From NCBI RefSeq assembly GCF_022565775.1, contig NZ_JAIUMC010000005.1:2878-66877 (forward strand): a stretch of DNA of 64,000 nucleotides, in the 5' to 3' direction. The stretch comes from Natronospirillum sp. (lineage in GTDB: Bacteria > Pseudomonadota > Gammaproteobacteria > Pseudomonadales > Natronospirillaceae). A program made the translations under genes and the position numbers. Under the pieces are notes generated by a model. It ran no database searches, was not told the origin of the DNA, and saw only the letters and a list, made by a program, of their open reading frames with translations. Below, one piece after another: positions 20,613 through 32,200 of the stretch; positions within the stretch are counted from its first letter, which is position 1; the number at the start of each line of letters is the position of its first letter.

Positions 20613-21383
20613 ATGAGTCCTGCCGACGCCAAAGCCGCTGTTGAATTTGATCAGGTCAGTCTGACCCGCGATGGTGTGCGGGTGCTGACTGACCTGTCAC
20701 TGCGCCTGGATGAATCCCGTGTCGGTCTGATTGGCCACAATGGCTCGGGCAAGAGCTCGCTTGTGCGTCTGCTGAACGGGCTGCTGCCCGCCGACAGTGG
20801 GCAGATCAGGGTGCATGGCAGGGACCCCGCCAAGGGGCCCGAGCAGATGTCGGCCACGGTCGGGTTCATTTTCCAGAATCCGGACCATCAGCTGATTTTC
20901 CCCACGGTGATCGAGGAGCTGACGTTCGGCCTGCGCAATCAGGGCCTGTCCGCAAAGGAGGCGACCCGGCAGTCCAGTGACCTGCTGCATGCCCAGGGTC
21001 ATGCCGACTGGGCCGAACGACCGGTGCACAGCCTGTCGGAAGGCCAGAAACAACTGGTCTGCATTTTTTCCGTGCTGCTGCTGAACCCGGATCTGCTGAT
21101 CCTGGATGAACCTTTCTCGGCACTGGATCTGCCCACCCGTTACCGGTTGCTGGACCTGCTGCATGAACTGCCGCAGCAGATCGTGATGATCAGCCATGAG
21201 CTGGACACGCTGGAGCGCTTTGATCGGATAATCTGGCTGGAGCAGGGCCGGGTTCATCAGGACGGACCACCCGATCAGGTGCTGCCCGCCTACCAGGCCG
21301 ACGCCCGGGCGCGCGCTGCCACTCTGGGCCTTGGGCGCGGTCGCGCTGAAAGCGACCGCCGGACGGAGCCGGCTGGCTCATGA
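20613..21383 (+). CDS. bioM: ECF transporter ATPase (BioM/CbiO-like)
   Basis: GHNGSGKS, FQNPDHQ, LSEGQKQ and LDEP; first gene of an ATGA-coupled trio ending in bioY. Confidence 0.85.
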   Translation: MSPADAKAAVEFDQVSLTRDGVRVLTDLSLRLDESRVGLIGHNGSGKSSLVRLLNGLLPADSGQIRVHGRDPAKGPEQMSATVGFIFQNPDHQLIFPTVIEELTFGLRNQGLSAKEATRQSSDLLHAQGHADWAERPVHSLSEGQKQLVCIFSVLLLNPDLLILDEPFSALDLPTRYRLLDLLHELPQQIVMISHELDTLERFDRIIWLEQGRVHQDGPPDQVLPAYQADARARAATLGLGRGRAESDRRTEPAGS

Positions 21384-22054
21384 TCAGCCTTTATCTGGCC
21401 CAGACCGGATGGCTGCATCGCTGGCCTGCCGGACTCAAGCTGCTGGTGCTGGCGCTGGCCAGCATCGGACTCTACTTTGTCAGCATCGCCCACTGGGTCT
21501 TGTTCGCACTGCTGGGTGTACTGTCTCTCTATGCCTCGCTGGGCCGCCCTGCCTTGCGCCAGCTTCGTCTGCTGCGCCCGCTGTTGCTGCTGTTTGCACT
21601 GATGTTTTTAGTGCAGTGGTGGAGCGTTGGCCTGGAGGCCGGTCTGACACTGGTTCTGCGGATGTGCACCCTGATTCTGCTGGCCAATCTGGTCACCCTG
21701 ACCACGCGCATGGACGCCATGATGGATGCCATCTCTCCCCTGCTCGCACCGCTTCGCCTGATCCGGGTGGAGCCGGCGCGAATCGCCTTTGCCGTCGCCC
21801 TGGTCATCCGCTTTGTACCTGTTCTGCTGAGCCAGTTGCACAGCCTGAGAGAGGCCTGGAATGCGCGTGGTGGCGGCCGTCAGTTGTGGCGCCTGGCCAT
21901 CCCCATGACGCTGCAGGCGATTCGTCTGTCAGATCATGTCGCCGAGGGCCTGGCGGCACGTGGCGGCATTCGCCCCCGAACCGATAACCGGCGGCAGGCA
22001 CCTGAGCGACCTGCCACCCAAACTTCCAACCTGCAACAAGGAGATAACACGTGA
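21380..22054 (+). CDS. bioN: ECF transporter T component (BioN/CbiQ-like)
   Basis: Hydrophobic; ARG motifs (NARGG, AARGG); located between the ATPase and bioY. Confidence 0.85.
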   Translation: MISLYLAQTGWLHRWPAGLKLLVLALASIGLYFVSIAHWVLFALLGVLSLYASLGRPALRQLRLLRPLLLLFALMFLVQWWSVGLEAGLTLVLRMCTLILLANLVTLTTRMDAMMDAISPLLAPLRLIRVEPARIAFAVALVIRFVPVLLSQLHSLREAWNARGGGRQLWRLAIPMTLQAIRLSDHVAEGLAARGGIRPRTDNRRQAPERPATQTSNLQQGDNT

Positions 22055-22602
22055 AGGACAGATCCCTGGTCCAGATTGCGCTCTACGCCTCGCTGGTCGC
22101 GGCGCTCGGCTTCATCCCTCCCATTCCATTCGCGTTTGGGGTACCCATTACCGCCCAGTCACTGGGCGTCATGCTGGCGGGCATCATGCTCGGTCCCTGG
22201 CGGGGCGCGCTGGCCATGCTGCTGCTGGTCTTTGTGGTGTCTCTGGGGGCACCGTTACTCGCCGGTGGCCGCGGGGGTCTGGGCGTGCTGACCGGACCGA
22301 CGGTTGGCTTTTTTCTCGGCTGGCCCCTGGCCGCTTTCTTCGCCGGTCTGATTGCGCAGTCTCTGAGACGTCTTCCGCTGATGGCGGCTACTGCCATCGG
22401 CGCCTTCACCGGAGGCATAGTGGTGCTGTATCTGTGCGGCATCGCAGGATTCAAACTGGTGACCGGCAATGGCTGGATTGAAAGCACACTGACCATGGCG
22501 GTGTTCATTCCCGGTGATCTGGTCAAGGTGGTCATCACCTGTATGGTGGCCCAGGCCGTCTACAAGGGCATGCCACAAGCGGTCGCGACCAGAGCCACTT
22601 GA
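22051..22602 (+). CDS. bioY: Biotin transporter S component
   Basis: VPITAQSLGVMLAG, GGRGG, GPTVGF and FIPGDLVK motifs. Confidence 0.92.
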   Translation: MKDRSLVQIALYASLVAALGFIPPIPFAFGVPITAQSLGVMLAGIMLGPWRGALAMLLLVFVVSLGAPLLAGGRGGLGVLTGPTVGFFLGWPLAAFFAGLIAQSLRRLPLMAATAIGAFTGGIVVLYLCGIAGFKLVTGNGWIESTLTMAVFIPGDLVKVVITCMVAQAVYKGMPQAVATRAT

Positions 22603-22698
22603 CGGGCCGGCGGCCCTCACCTAATTTTGTCTGTAGCTGTCGCTCATCCCGGTGATTGGCGCGCAGAAACGGCTATATTGAACGGTGAGGGCCGGCCC

Positions 22699-22908
22699 AT
22701 GCAGATTACTGATACCGCCAAAGTCCACTGCCCCTATTGCGACGCCCTACAGACTGTCGTTCTCGACCCGTCCGAGCCCGAACAGGAATATACGGAGGAC
22801 TGCCAGGTCTGCTGTCAGCCCATGGTGCTGACGGTGCATTTCGAGCCCATGCATACGCCCTATGTGGTGGCTCGCCGCGAAGACGACGTACACAGCCCGG
22901 GTGATTGA
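22699..22908 (+). CDS. CPXCG-motif cysteine-rich small protein (zinc-ribbon-like)
   Basis: CPYC...EDCQVCCQP; start set at ATG 22699. Confidence 0.8.
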   Translation: MQITDTAKVHCPYCDALQTVVLDPSEPEQEYTEDCQVCCQPMVLTVHFEPMHTPYVVARREDDVHSPGD

Positions 22909-22911
22909 GCC

Positions 22912-23760
22912 TCAACGCAACAGACTGATTGAACCCTCACGCACTGTGCTGAACGGAAAAACGTCCATCTGCGGCAAACTTGTCTGCATATCGGATTCGA
23001 AAGACAGCCCGTAATCCAGTTCTTCCCCATTGATGAGCGCATTGCTGAGGCCGCGCCCCAGTTCCGCGAGTGATACCGACAGCGGCAGTTCGATCACGCC
23101 CCTGTCCTGCTCCGGCAGGCGCATCCGTTGCTGTCCATCACCACCGGCGACCCGGTGCTGGTTCAGCGCGAATTCATAAGAGAAGCGATCAATCACCACC
23201 TCGAAAATATTCGGATTGTCGACCTCGAGAGTGAGCAACAGGTCCGCACTGCTGAGGGTCAGCCTGTCCAGCCGCAGACTGGAGGCACGAATGGACGGCA
23301 AATGCGGAATCGGAATGGCCCCGGACACCGAAACCGGAAGTCGACGCTGGCCGGCAACAGGTATGTCGACCGTCATGCCGGCATCTATCTGATAATCGAG
23401 CTGTTCGCGCCCGCGCAACCCGGAGACCAGGTCAAAGGTCTCGGCAAAATCCAGCCTCATGGGCAGTGTCACCTGGGTGGCGGCACCAGCGGCCAGAGAT
23501 GACCCGGTGCCCTGCTGGCCACCCAGTACAGCTGCTTCATTCACCAGCAGCTCGTAGTCCAGCGCACCCAGCGAGATGCTGAAAGAATTGGGATTGCGCA
23601 CTTCAAACTGTGTTTCAAGCTGTGCATCCACGGGGGTCAGCCCCACCAGGTGCGAGCTCAGCACACGGAACTCCGGCTCCTGCCAACGCGCTTCTTCAAG
23701 CAGGGTACAGCTCCCCAGAACCAGTACACTGCCCAATACCGCCAATCTGCTCCAGGACAT
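22912..23760 (-). CDS. LEA type 2 (two WHy domains) lipoprotein
   Basis: Lipobox LGSC; two V.NPN repeats with 'Y.L..N' strands. Start set at ATG 23760 after GGAGAG. Confidence 0.82.
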   Translation of the reverse strand: MSWSRLAVLGSVLVLGSCTLLEEARWQEPEFRVLSSHLVGLTPVDAQLETQFEVRNPNSFSISLGALDYELLVNEAAVLGGQQGTGSSLAAGAATQVTLPMRLDFAETFDLVSGLRGREQLDYQIDAGMTVDIPVAGQRRLPVSVSGAIPIPHLPSIRASSLRLDRLTLSSADLLLTLEVDNPNIFEVVIDRFSYEFALNQHRVAGGDGQQRMRLPEQDRGVIELPLSVSLAELGRGLSNALINGEELDYGLSFESDMQTSLPQMDVFPFSTVREGSISLLR

Positions 23761-23867
23761 CCGGGCTCTCCCCATTATTGTCGTCATCGTTGTGCAAAGA
23801 CTAGGCACTTTCCGCCCTGCCGTCTATAAAGACTTGTTTACAGCCACACCCGTAATGGCATCGCCCG

Positions 23868-23899
23868 ATTAATTGACGTTTACGTTAACGTCAATTAAT
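23868..23899. promoter_or_regulatory. LiuR-type operator (32-bp palindrome) upstream of icmF
   Basis: ATTAATTGACGTTTACGTTAACGTCAATTAAT has 14 of 16 pairs complementary and contains overlapping matches to TTTACGTWWACGTAAA. Confidence 0.8.
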
Positions 23900-24018
23900 T
23901 TGACTATACCGCCTATACCAACAAGATGTGTGTCAGCCTGCGCAACGCTCGTGATACCGAGCCAATTCAATGCAACAGGCAGTTCATCTGCCGGCAGGCA
24001 CCAAAAAGGGTCAGCACT

Positions 24019-27000
24019 ATGAGTGAGAGTCCACTGCGCATCGTCACTGCCGCCAGCCTGTTTGATGGGCACGACGCGGCCATCAATGTCATGCGCCGCC
24101 TGATTCAGTCGCGCGGCTGTGAAGTCATTCACCTGGGCCACAACCGCAGTGTGGACGACATCATCAAGGCCGCCCTGCAGGAAGACGCTGACGGCATCGC
24201 GATCAGTTCCTATCAGGGTGGCCACAATGAATACTTCCGCTACCTGATCGACCGCCTCAAGGCAGCGGGCGCTGACCATATTGCCGTAATCGGTGGCGGT
24301 GGCGGCACCATTACGCCGCAAGAAATCGACGAGCTTGAGGCCTATGGCGTCGAGCGCATCTATCACCCGAATGATGGCCTGAAACTGGGCCTGACCGGCA
24401 TGATCGACGACGCCGTCGACCGTATTGCCGCAAAGCGCAATGCCCACAGCGGCGCCCTGCCCGAGCAGGCGCATGAGGATCTGCGCCGGGCTCGGCTGCT
24501 GTCACGCCTTGAGGAAGGCCTGGAAGAACCGGCCAGTGCAGAGCGGCCGGTTCCGACCATTGGCCTGACCGGCACCGGCGGCGCCGGCAAGTCGAGCCTG
24601 ACCGACGAGCTGGTGCTGCGCTTTGCCACCTGTTTTCCCGACCGGCAATTCGCCGTGCTGGCCGTCGACCCGACGCGGCGGCGCACCGGCGGCGCCCTCC
24701 TGGGCGATCGCATCCGCATGAATTGTCTGCGCCTGCCCAATGTGTTCTTTCGCAGTATGGCCACGCGTCGTCAGCATCTGTCCACCAGCGAGGAGCTCAG
24801 TGATGCCATTACGGCACTGTGCCAGCAGGGCTTTGATCTGGTGTTTGTCGAAACCGCGGGGATCGGCCAGTCCGACAGCGCCATTGTCGATCTGGTCGAC
24901 ATACCGGGCTATGTCATGACCCCGGAGTACGGGGCGGCCAGCCAACTGGAAAAGATCGACATGCTGGATCTTGCCGAGTGGATTGCGATCAACAAGTTCG
25001 ACCGCAAGGGTGCGCAGGACGCGCTGCGGGATGTGCGCAAGCAATGGCGCCGCAACCGCGTCGAATTCGAGCGGCCGGATGCCGAGATCCCGGTATTTCC
25101 GAGCATTGCCAGTCACTTTTCCGACCCGGGCGTCAATCGGGTGTTCAATCACCTGTGTCGGCTGGTCGGGGAACGCAGCAGCCAGGACTGGCCTGGCGAC
25201 CTGCCCGAGGGAGATCCACAGGCGCATGTCCTGATTCCCGGCCAGCATCAGCGCTATCTCGCGGAAATTGCCGAGCAGGGCCGGAGTATTCGCGAAGACC
25301 TGCGCCAACAGGCCAAACAGGCACGGCAGGTACAGCATTTGTTCGAAAGCCTGCGCCTTCTGGGTGCGGAGCTGGACCCCCTGCATCCGGCACAGCCCGA
25401 TACCCTGCCCCCCGAGCAGCAGGCATTGGCACAGCGCTACAATGAACTGCTGAATCAGCTCAAACCGGAGGCCCGGGAGGCTCTCGGCACATGGGATCAG
25501 CGCATGCAGTCGGTACAGGCTGAAACCTTCGAATACCAGGTGCGCGACAAGACCATCAGTGGTGACAACTATCGGGAAACGCTGAGTGGCAACCGGATTC
25601 CCAAGGTCGCTGCCAACAAGACGCGCGACTGGGGCGAGCAGGTCTGGTTCACCGGACAGGAAAACCTGCCCGGCCACTTCCCCTACACCGCCGGCGTCTA
25701 CCCCTATCGGCGCAGCGGCGAAGACCCGACCCGGATGTTTGCCGGCGAAGGCCCGCCTGAGCGCACCAACCGCCGCTTTCATTACCTGTCGCACGGTCAG
25801 CCGGCAGCGCGCCTCTCGACCGCTTTCGACTCGGTCACCCTGTATGGTGAAGACCCGGCCGAGCGGCCGGACATCTACGGCAAGATCGGCAACAGTGGCG
25901 TGTCCATCGCCACCCTGGATGACATGAAGAAGCTGTATTCCGGCTTTGATCTTTGCGCGCCAACCACGTCGGTATCCATGACCATCAATGGACCGGCGCC
26001 GATGATTCTGGCCATGTTCCTGAACACCGCCATTGACCAGCAGGTGGAAAAGCATCTGCGAGAATCCGGCCAGTGGCCGGAGGCCGAAAAGACCATTCAG
26101 CAGCGGCTGGGCAAGAACCCGGTAGGCTATCAGGGCGATCTGCCCGAAGGACACAATGGCCTTGGGTTGGGCCTGCTGGGCATCACAGGCGATCAGGTAG
26201 TAGACGCTGATACCTATCAGCGCATCGCCGCCGACACCTTGCAACAGGTGCGTGGCACCGTGCAGGCAGATATTCTGAAAGAAGATCAGGCGCAGAATAC
26301 CTGCATCTTCTCGACCGAGTTCGCGCTGCACCTGATGGGCGATGTGCAGGACTGGTTCATCAACAACGGGGTGCGCAATTTCTACAGCGTCAGCGTCAGC
26401 GGCTATCATATTGCCGAGGCGGGGGCGAACCCCATCACGCAACTGGCCTTCACCCTGGCCAACGGGTTTACCCTGGTCGAGTACTACCGGGCACGCGGTA
26501 TGGACATCAACCGCTTCGCGCCCAACCTGAGCTTCTTCTTCAGCAACGGCATGGACCCGGAATACGCGGTGATTGGCCGGGTGGCTCGACGGATCTGGGC
26601 GCGTGCGATGAAACACCGGTATGGCGCCGATGCGCGCTCGCAGATGCTGAAATATCATATCCAGACGTCCGGACGCTCGCTGCACGCGCAGGAAATTCAG
26701 TTCAACGACATCCGGACCACGCTGCAGGCGCTGTATGCACTGCTCGACAACTGCAACAGCCTGCACACGAATGCCTTTGATGAAGCTATCACCACGCCCA
26801 CGGAAGCCAGTGTGCGGCGAGCCGTCGCCATTCAGTTGATCATCAATCGTGAACTGGGGCTGAACCAGAATGAAAACCCGCTGCAGGGCTCGTTTACCCT
26901 GGAATACCTGACCGACCTGGTTGAAGAAGCGGTCTATGCGGAGTTCGAGCGTCTGAATGAGCGTGGTGGCGTTCTGGGCGCCATGGATGCCATGTATCAG

Positions 27001-27351
27001 CGCAGCAAGATTCAGGACGAATCCATGGTGTATGAACACAAGAAGCACAGCGGCGAATTGCCGATTATTGGCGTGAATACCTTCAAGGCGGCAGAAGACA
27101 GCGAGGACACACCGACGGTTGAGCTGATGCGCTCCACCGACAATGAAAAACAGCAACAGATCGAGCAGGTTGCGCGCTTTCGCAGCCTACACAAGGCCGC
27201 TGCCGAGCCGGCATTGCGCCAGCTTGCAGAGGATGCGCGGGCCCGACGCAACCTGTTTGCCACCCTGATGCACACAGTCAAGGTGGCCAGTCTTGGTGAA
27301 ATCAGCCACACGCTGTTTGAAGTGGGCGGCGAATATCGACGCAACATGTGA
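24019..27351 (+). CDS. icmF: Fused isobutyryl-CoA mutase / MeaI GTPase
   Basis: N-terminal B12-binding [12 protein letters not shown] GTPase with NKFD, then a mutase barrel with TRMFAGEG (Phe at the specificity position). Start ATG 24019. Confidence 0.95.
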   Translation: MSESPLRIVTAASLFDGHDAAINVMRRLIQSRGCEVIHLGHNRSVDDIIKAALQEDADGIAISSYQGGHNEYFRYLIDRLKAAGADHIAVIGGGGGTITPQEIDELEAYGVERIYHPNDGLKLGLTGMIDDAVDRIAAKRNAHSGALPEQAHEDLRRARLLSRLEEGLEEPASAERPVPTIGLTGTGGAGKSSLTDELVLRFATCFPDRQFAVLAVDPTRRRTGGALLGDRIRMNCLRLPNVFFRSMATRRQHLSTSEELSDAITALCQQGFDLVFVETAGIGQSDSAIVDLVDIPGYVMTPEYGAASQLEKIDMLDLAEWIAINKFDRKGAQDALRDVRKQWRRNRVEFERPDAEIPVFPSIASHFSDPGVNRVFNHLCRLVGERSSQDWPGDLPEGDPQAHVLIPGQHQRYLAEIAEQGRSIREDLRQQAKQARQVQHLFESLRLLGAELDPLHPAQPDTLPPEQQALAQRYNELLNQLKPEAREALGTWDQRMQSVQAETFEYQVRDKTISGDNYRETLSGNRIPKVAANKTRDWGEQVWFTGQENLPGHFPYTAGVYPYRRSGEDPTRMFAGEGPPERTNRRFHYLSHGQPAARLSTAFDSVTLYGEDPAERPDIYGKIGNSGVSIATLDDMKKLYSGFDLCAPTTSVSMTINGPAPMILAMFLNTAIDQQVEKHLRESGQWPEAEKTIQQRLGKNPVGYQGDLPEGHNGLGLGLLGITGDQVVDADTYQRIAADTLQQVRGTVQADILKEDQAQNTCIFSTEFALHLMGDVQDWFINNGVRNFYSVSVSGYHIAEAGANPITQLAFTLANGFTLVEYYRARGMDINRFAPNLSFFFSNGMDPEYAVIGRVARRIWARAMKHRYGADARSQMLKYHIQTSGRSLHAQEIQFNDIRTTLQALYALLDNCNSLHTNAFDEAITTPTEASVRRAVAIQLIINRELGLNQNENPLQGSFTLEYLTDLVEEAVYAEFERLNERGGVLGAMDAMYQRSKIQDESMVYEHKKHSGELPIIGVNTFKAAEDSEDTPTVELMRSTDNEKQQQIEQVARFRSLHKAAAEPALRQLAEDARARRNLFATLMHTVKVASLGEISHTLFEVGGEYRRNM

Positions 27352-27405
27352 TTGATCAGTGCAGGCAGTCCGTGAGAGAACCGGCCTAAAAAGCCTGTAT
27401 AGGGC

Positions 27406-29271
27406 ATGCGCGTTGACCTCAGAGCCTGTTACAGTACGCAATTCGGGCTCCGTACGTTGTTCAGGTCAGTGTTTTTGGAAAATCGGCTGGTTTCTTTTCA
27501 CACGCTCTTTGTAAAAGTGCGTTTTCGGGCAGCAGGGTGGGCCTGGCTGCCGGCCGTGCTGTGCCTGTGGGTCGGTCAGGCGCATGCAGAAACCCGTTTT
27601 GCGGCAACCAATGCCGATACGCTCGAAATCACCAGTGCCGTTGACAATGACCTGGTCGAGCGCTGGCGCGATGCACTGGACCGGTATCGGCAGGATCTGC
27701 GCCAGGGCCTGCAGGTAGCGAGCCGTCCCCTGTCGCAGCAGAGCGCAGAGATGCAGATTCTGGCGGAACATCTGCGTTCTGCCGGCTACTACAACCATGA
27801 TATCCAGCCGCGTCCCGAGGAAGACTACAACCGTCTGCGCTACCGGGTGGATCCCGGGCGGCGCTTCGTGGTGCGTCAGATTATCTGGGACTGGCCGGAA
27901 GAACTGACCACTCCATTGAATGCCGAAGACACCATTCAGACCGGCGAGCCGCTGGTCGCGCAGAATATTCTGGACCTGCAGACCCGACTGCGGCGGGAGA
28001 TCCAATCCAGCGCCTGCTACCTGCGCGTCAATGTGCGCTATGAACTGAGCCTTGACCGGCGCGGCAACGCCGGTGATCTGCGTTTCTATATGGAAGACAG
28101 TCCTCAGGTCAACATCTCGGAGGTCCGTATCGAAGGCACGGAAGAGGTCAGAAGTTCCTACACACGACGCCTGACCGGTATCGAGGATGGAGAATGCTTT
28201 CAGCGACCGCGTCTGGACCGCGCGCGGCTCAATCTGTATGAGTCCAATCTGTTTGCCCGGGTCGATGAACAGGTGTCGGAACCGGATGAAAACAATGAGG
28301 TCGTGGTCACCTACCATGTACAGGAACGCTTCCATCGCACCCTCAAGCTCGGCGGCGGTTATGACACCGATGCCGGCCCCGGCGTCAATGCGGAATGGGT
28401 ACACCGCAACTTCAGCAGACGCGGTGAACGCCTGGTGCTCGATGCCCGGACCAGTTTCCTGACTCAGCGGGTGGGCGCGGCCCTGACGATTCCACGGCGG
28501 CGCCCCGAATGGCCCCGGCTGACCGTCAGTACCAGTCTGGAACGCACCCTGTTTGCCGACCAGCGCACCTATGTCTGGCAGAAGGGTTTCAATCTGGAAC
28601 AGATCCTGACCGACAGCTGGGTCGGCAACTCGGGTGTTGACGTCCGCTCCTCCTGGACCACTACCGAAGAAGGGGTGGTCGACTTCGAGCAATGGCTGGC
28701 GCTGCCAACCAATGTGGTCAGAGATACGCGCGATGATGTGCTCGACCCGAGGCGCGGCACTCGCCTGCTGTTCGGCTTTACCCCCAACTTTTCACTGTCC
28801 GGCACACAACCTCACTATGGCCAGGTACGTGCCAGCTGGCGCGGTTATTGGGCTCAGACCGACAGCCTGACGCTGGCCGCGACCACCGAAGGCTCAACCC
28901 TGTTCGGGCTGGGAGATGAACTGGACCTGGATCGCCTGTCAGTTACCGAGCGTCTTTATGCCGGTGGTGGCGGCTCCGTGCGCGGCTGGCCTTTCCAGGG
29001 CGTCAGCCCCACGGATGGCGGCCGCACCCGAGTGCTGCAGAGCGTCGAGCAGCGCGTGCGCTGGTCCGAACGTTGGGGTACCGTCGGTTTTGTCGATGCC
29101 GCCTGGTTGTCGCGCAGCGCCACCCTCGACTGGGACGACCCTGCGCTCGGGGCCGGCCTCGGCCTGCGCTTCTTCACGGATTTTGCACCCTTGCGCATCG
29201 ATGTCGGGTCACCCTTGCCGGACTGGGGCTCAGAGTGGCGTTTCTATTTCAGTATCGGGCAGGCTTTTTGA
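27406..29271 (+). CDS. tamA: Autotransporter assembly outer-membrane protein (Omp85 family)
   Basis: POTRA-like region, LYAGGGGSVRGW (VRG loop) and C-terminal FSIGQAF. True start is probably 60-110 nt downstream of the ORF start. Confidence 0.88.
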   Translation: MRVDLRACYSTQFGLRTLFRSVFLENRLVSFHTLFVKVRFRAAGWAWLPAVLCLWVGQAHAETRFAATNADTLEITSAVDNDLVERWRDALDRYRQDLRQGLQVASRPLSQQSAEMQILAEHLRSAGYYNHDIQPRPEEDYNRLRYRVDPGRRFVVRQIIWDWPEELTTPLNAEDTIQTGEPLVAQNILDLQTRLRREIQSSACYLRVNVRYELSLDRRGNAGDLRFYMEDSPQVNISEVRIEGTEEVRSSYTRRLTGIEDGECFQRPRLDRARLNLYESNLFARVDEQVSEPDENNEVVVTYHVQERFHRTLKLGGGYDTDAGPGVNAEWVHRNFSRRGERLVLDARTSFLTQRVGAALTIPRRRPEWPRLTVSTSLERTLFADQRTYVWQKGFNLEQILTDSWVGNSGVDVRSSWTTTEEGVVDFEQWLALPTNVVRDTRDDVLDPRRGTRLLFGFTPNFSLSGTQPHYGQVRASWRGYWAQTDSLTLAATTEGSTLFGLGDELDLDRLSVTERLYAGGGGSVRGWPFQGVSPTDGGRTRVLQSVEQRVRWSERWGTVGFVDAAWLSRSATLDWDDPALGAGLGLRFFTDFAPLRIDVGSPLPDWGSEWRFYFSIGQAF

Positions 29272-32200
29272 TGGGCCTGGTAACACAAAGCATCACCACG
29301 GTTCTGCTGCGCACGGTGCAGGGTTTCTTGTACTTGCTGCTGGTCCTTTTGTTCGTCCTGCTGCTGGTGATCGGCACCCTGCTTGGCACGGCATCCGGCA
29401 GGGTCTGGGTGGCCCAGCAAGGTCTGTGGTTGGCCAATGAAACAACCGCCTGGCAGGTTCAGGTCAACGGCCTGAGCAGCCCCTCCCTGACCCAGTGGCA
29501 GGCTGACCGGGTGCGTGTTTTCCCGCCGGGGGTGGATGAAGCTGCGATCAGTGTCGACGATCTCGAGCTGCGCTACCCGCTCAATCAATGGGAACTGGCG
29601 ATCACCATCGAGGAACTGACGGCCCGTCGAGTGGTGGTCGACCTGGACCGACTGCGCCGGATGGATCCGGGGCCACCCCGCGAAGAGCCGCTCGACCTCA
29701 CAGAGGCAGAACCCATCGAGCTGGACGGGTTCGGCATCTGGCTTGAGCGTCTGGACATCGGTGAACTGCGTCTGACCAGCGCCGAGGGTGATGCCCTCTA
29801 CGGGCGTCTGACCGGGGCTCTGGCCTGGCCCGAACTGGACAAATTGCCCATTGTCCGGTTGGACTGGCAGGACGACGATACCAACCTGCTGCTGCTTAGT
29901 GCGCAGCCCTCACCCGACGGTCAGCTGTGGCTGCTGAGCGGGGACATGACACTGCCCACCAACACCTGGGCCCATGCCATGAGCCAGTGGCCGGAAGACA
30001 CCGCGCTTACCGGTCGTGTTGACATCACAGCCGATCTGGGTGGCCAGCGTGTACAGATCAATGAATTTTCGTTTCCATGGCAGGGTGAGCCGATAGAGCT
30101 GGAAGGCCAGGTGGCTCATGATCAGGGCAAACTCGGTTTTGACGAAGTGCGTCTGCGAGTGGCTGGTCGCGAAAGCCGCCTGCACGGCCATTACGGCCCT
30201 GATGGAACCCGCATGGAAGGTGAGTTGAACATTCCGATGAGCCTGGTGCGGCCCTTTCTCCCGGAAGACATCGCCGCTCATACACTGGATGCCGAAGACA
30301 CGCTGCAAGCCCGTCTGATCTGGCCCGAAGACGGCCGCTGGACCCTTGAGGCTGAATTGATATCACGTTGGCATCATCATCCGGCCCAAATCGATCTGCA
30401 GGCAGCCGGCGTCCTGCTGCAAGTGGAAGCGCTGACCGCCAGCGCACGCCTGAGCGAATCGGTGGTCGATATCAGCGGGAACTGGGACCTTGCCGAGCAG
30501 CGCGGCCAGTTACAGGTGGACGGTCGCCTGGACGATGATGTGGCCACCCCCTACTGGTCTGATCCGGTATATGGCGGCGCCACCCTGTCAGGCCGACTGA
30601 CCGGCCGGGGTCTGGATGAAGACGGGCAGTTCGAGTTGCCCATATGGAACGGCACCCTAACCGCCGAGGGGCTGCTGCCCACCGATACCGCCCTGGGCAA
30701 TGTGCCCTGGTCTGCCGAAGCAGACACTGCCTTCGAGTTTCCGAGCGTGAGCTGGAGCAATTTGCGCCTTACCCTGGAGACCGGAGAAGAGGCCCCGACA
30801 CTGTTCAGCAACGGTCGCTATGACCTCGCAGATCAATCGCTGGATGTGAACTGGGAGCTGGACGAACTGCCGCTGGGCCCCTTGCTCGCACAACTGATGG
30901 ACTGGCCGCAGGACCTGACCGCAAACCTGACCGGCAGTGGGTCTGTTCAGGGGCCGCTTGACGACCTGGCTGGGCGTGCCAGCCTCACTGCCCAGGGTCT
31001 GCTCATGGGTGATGCCTGGGAAGCAGAGCTGGAAGCACCCCTGATGGCTATGGATCAGCTACTGGTAGAAACGCTCACGGCCCAATGGCGTGACAGCCGT
31101 CTGAGCGCTTCGGGTTCGGTGCGCCCCGACCTTGACCGCGACTGGCAGGACTGGCCAGTGCAGCTCGACATTGCACCCCTGGAAATCAACTTCGCCGATG
31201 GGCGTCAGCTTCTGCCAGACTGGCCGGAAGAACTGGCCGAAGGTCGGGTGGTCTCTTCACTGTCTGCACGCGGACGGGCGGCCGACCCGGACCTGCTGGC
31301 CCAGGCTCGGGTAAATGCGCGTTACCTGGGTGAAAGTCTGACCGGCTCATTCAACTGGCAGGCCGACCAGTTGCAGGCTGATCTGAACTGGCAGGACCGG
31401 TTTATCAGCCTGGAAGGCCGTGGTCGCCCCTGGGAACAGGGGCAATGGCAACTACAGGGTGAACGGTTGCGCACCGAAGATATCGCCCCCTGGGTGGATC
31501 TGCCCGACGAATTGATAGAGGCCCGCCTGACGCACCAACTGAACCTGAGCCTGGAAGGCAATACCACCGATGCGGACATCTCCCTGCGCACTCGCCATCA
31601 AGGCGTATGGGATCGTGAAACACTGGCCGCCAGCACAGACGTCACTCTCGAGTGGCGAGAGGCCTCTGCGCAGCAATGGCATTTGCAAGACCTGCAACTC
31701 GACTGGGGAGAAGCACAACTGAGTGCCAATGGCCAGAGTGGCACGGAGGACCTGCTGCCGCGACAGCTGGATGTTGAAGTGCAGGCCTTCCCGTTGCACC
31801 GTTTTCTGCCTGCACCAGAGGATTTTGTTGCCCAGGTGTCCGGGCATGCCCGGCTGGACGCCGGCTGGCCTGACTGGCAGGTCGACATCAATATGGATAT
31901 GGACGGTGAGCAACAAGATCAGATTTTGCTGGGTCGCCTGGAAGGTCTGATCAGAGGCCGCGAAATGGCCCTGGAAAAGATCGACCTGTCGCAACTGGAA
32001 ATCCGCATGGGCGACTCGCTGGAAGTGATTGGCCGCGGCGGACTTGAGGACGACCTGTGGGATCTGGCTGTTGACTGGAGTGGCCTGGAATGGGCCCCAC
32101 CTGCAGACCTGCCCCTTCCGGGCAGTACCTGGACAGGGTCCGGCAGCCTGCGCATGAGCGGTGAAGGTGATGACCCGGACGTTCGCGCCTACATGGATTG

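Noticed and set aside
24502-27156. 884-aa antisense ORF opposite icmF (similar ones at 1031-2374, 27466-28692, 35368-36168 and 41920-42816)
   Set aside because: Shadow frames in codon register with conserved GC-rich genes; no motifs or RBS. The sense genes explain the sequence.
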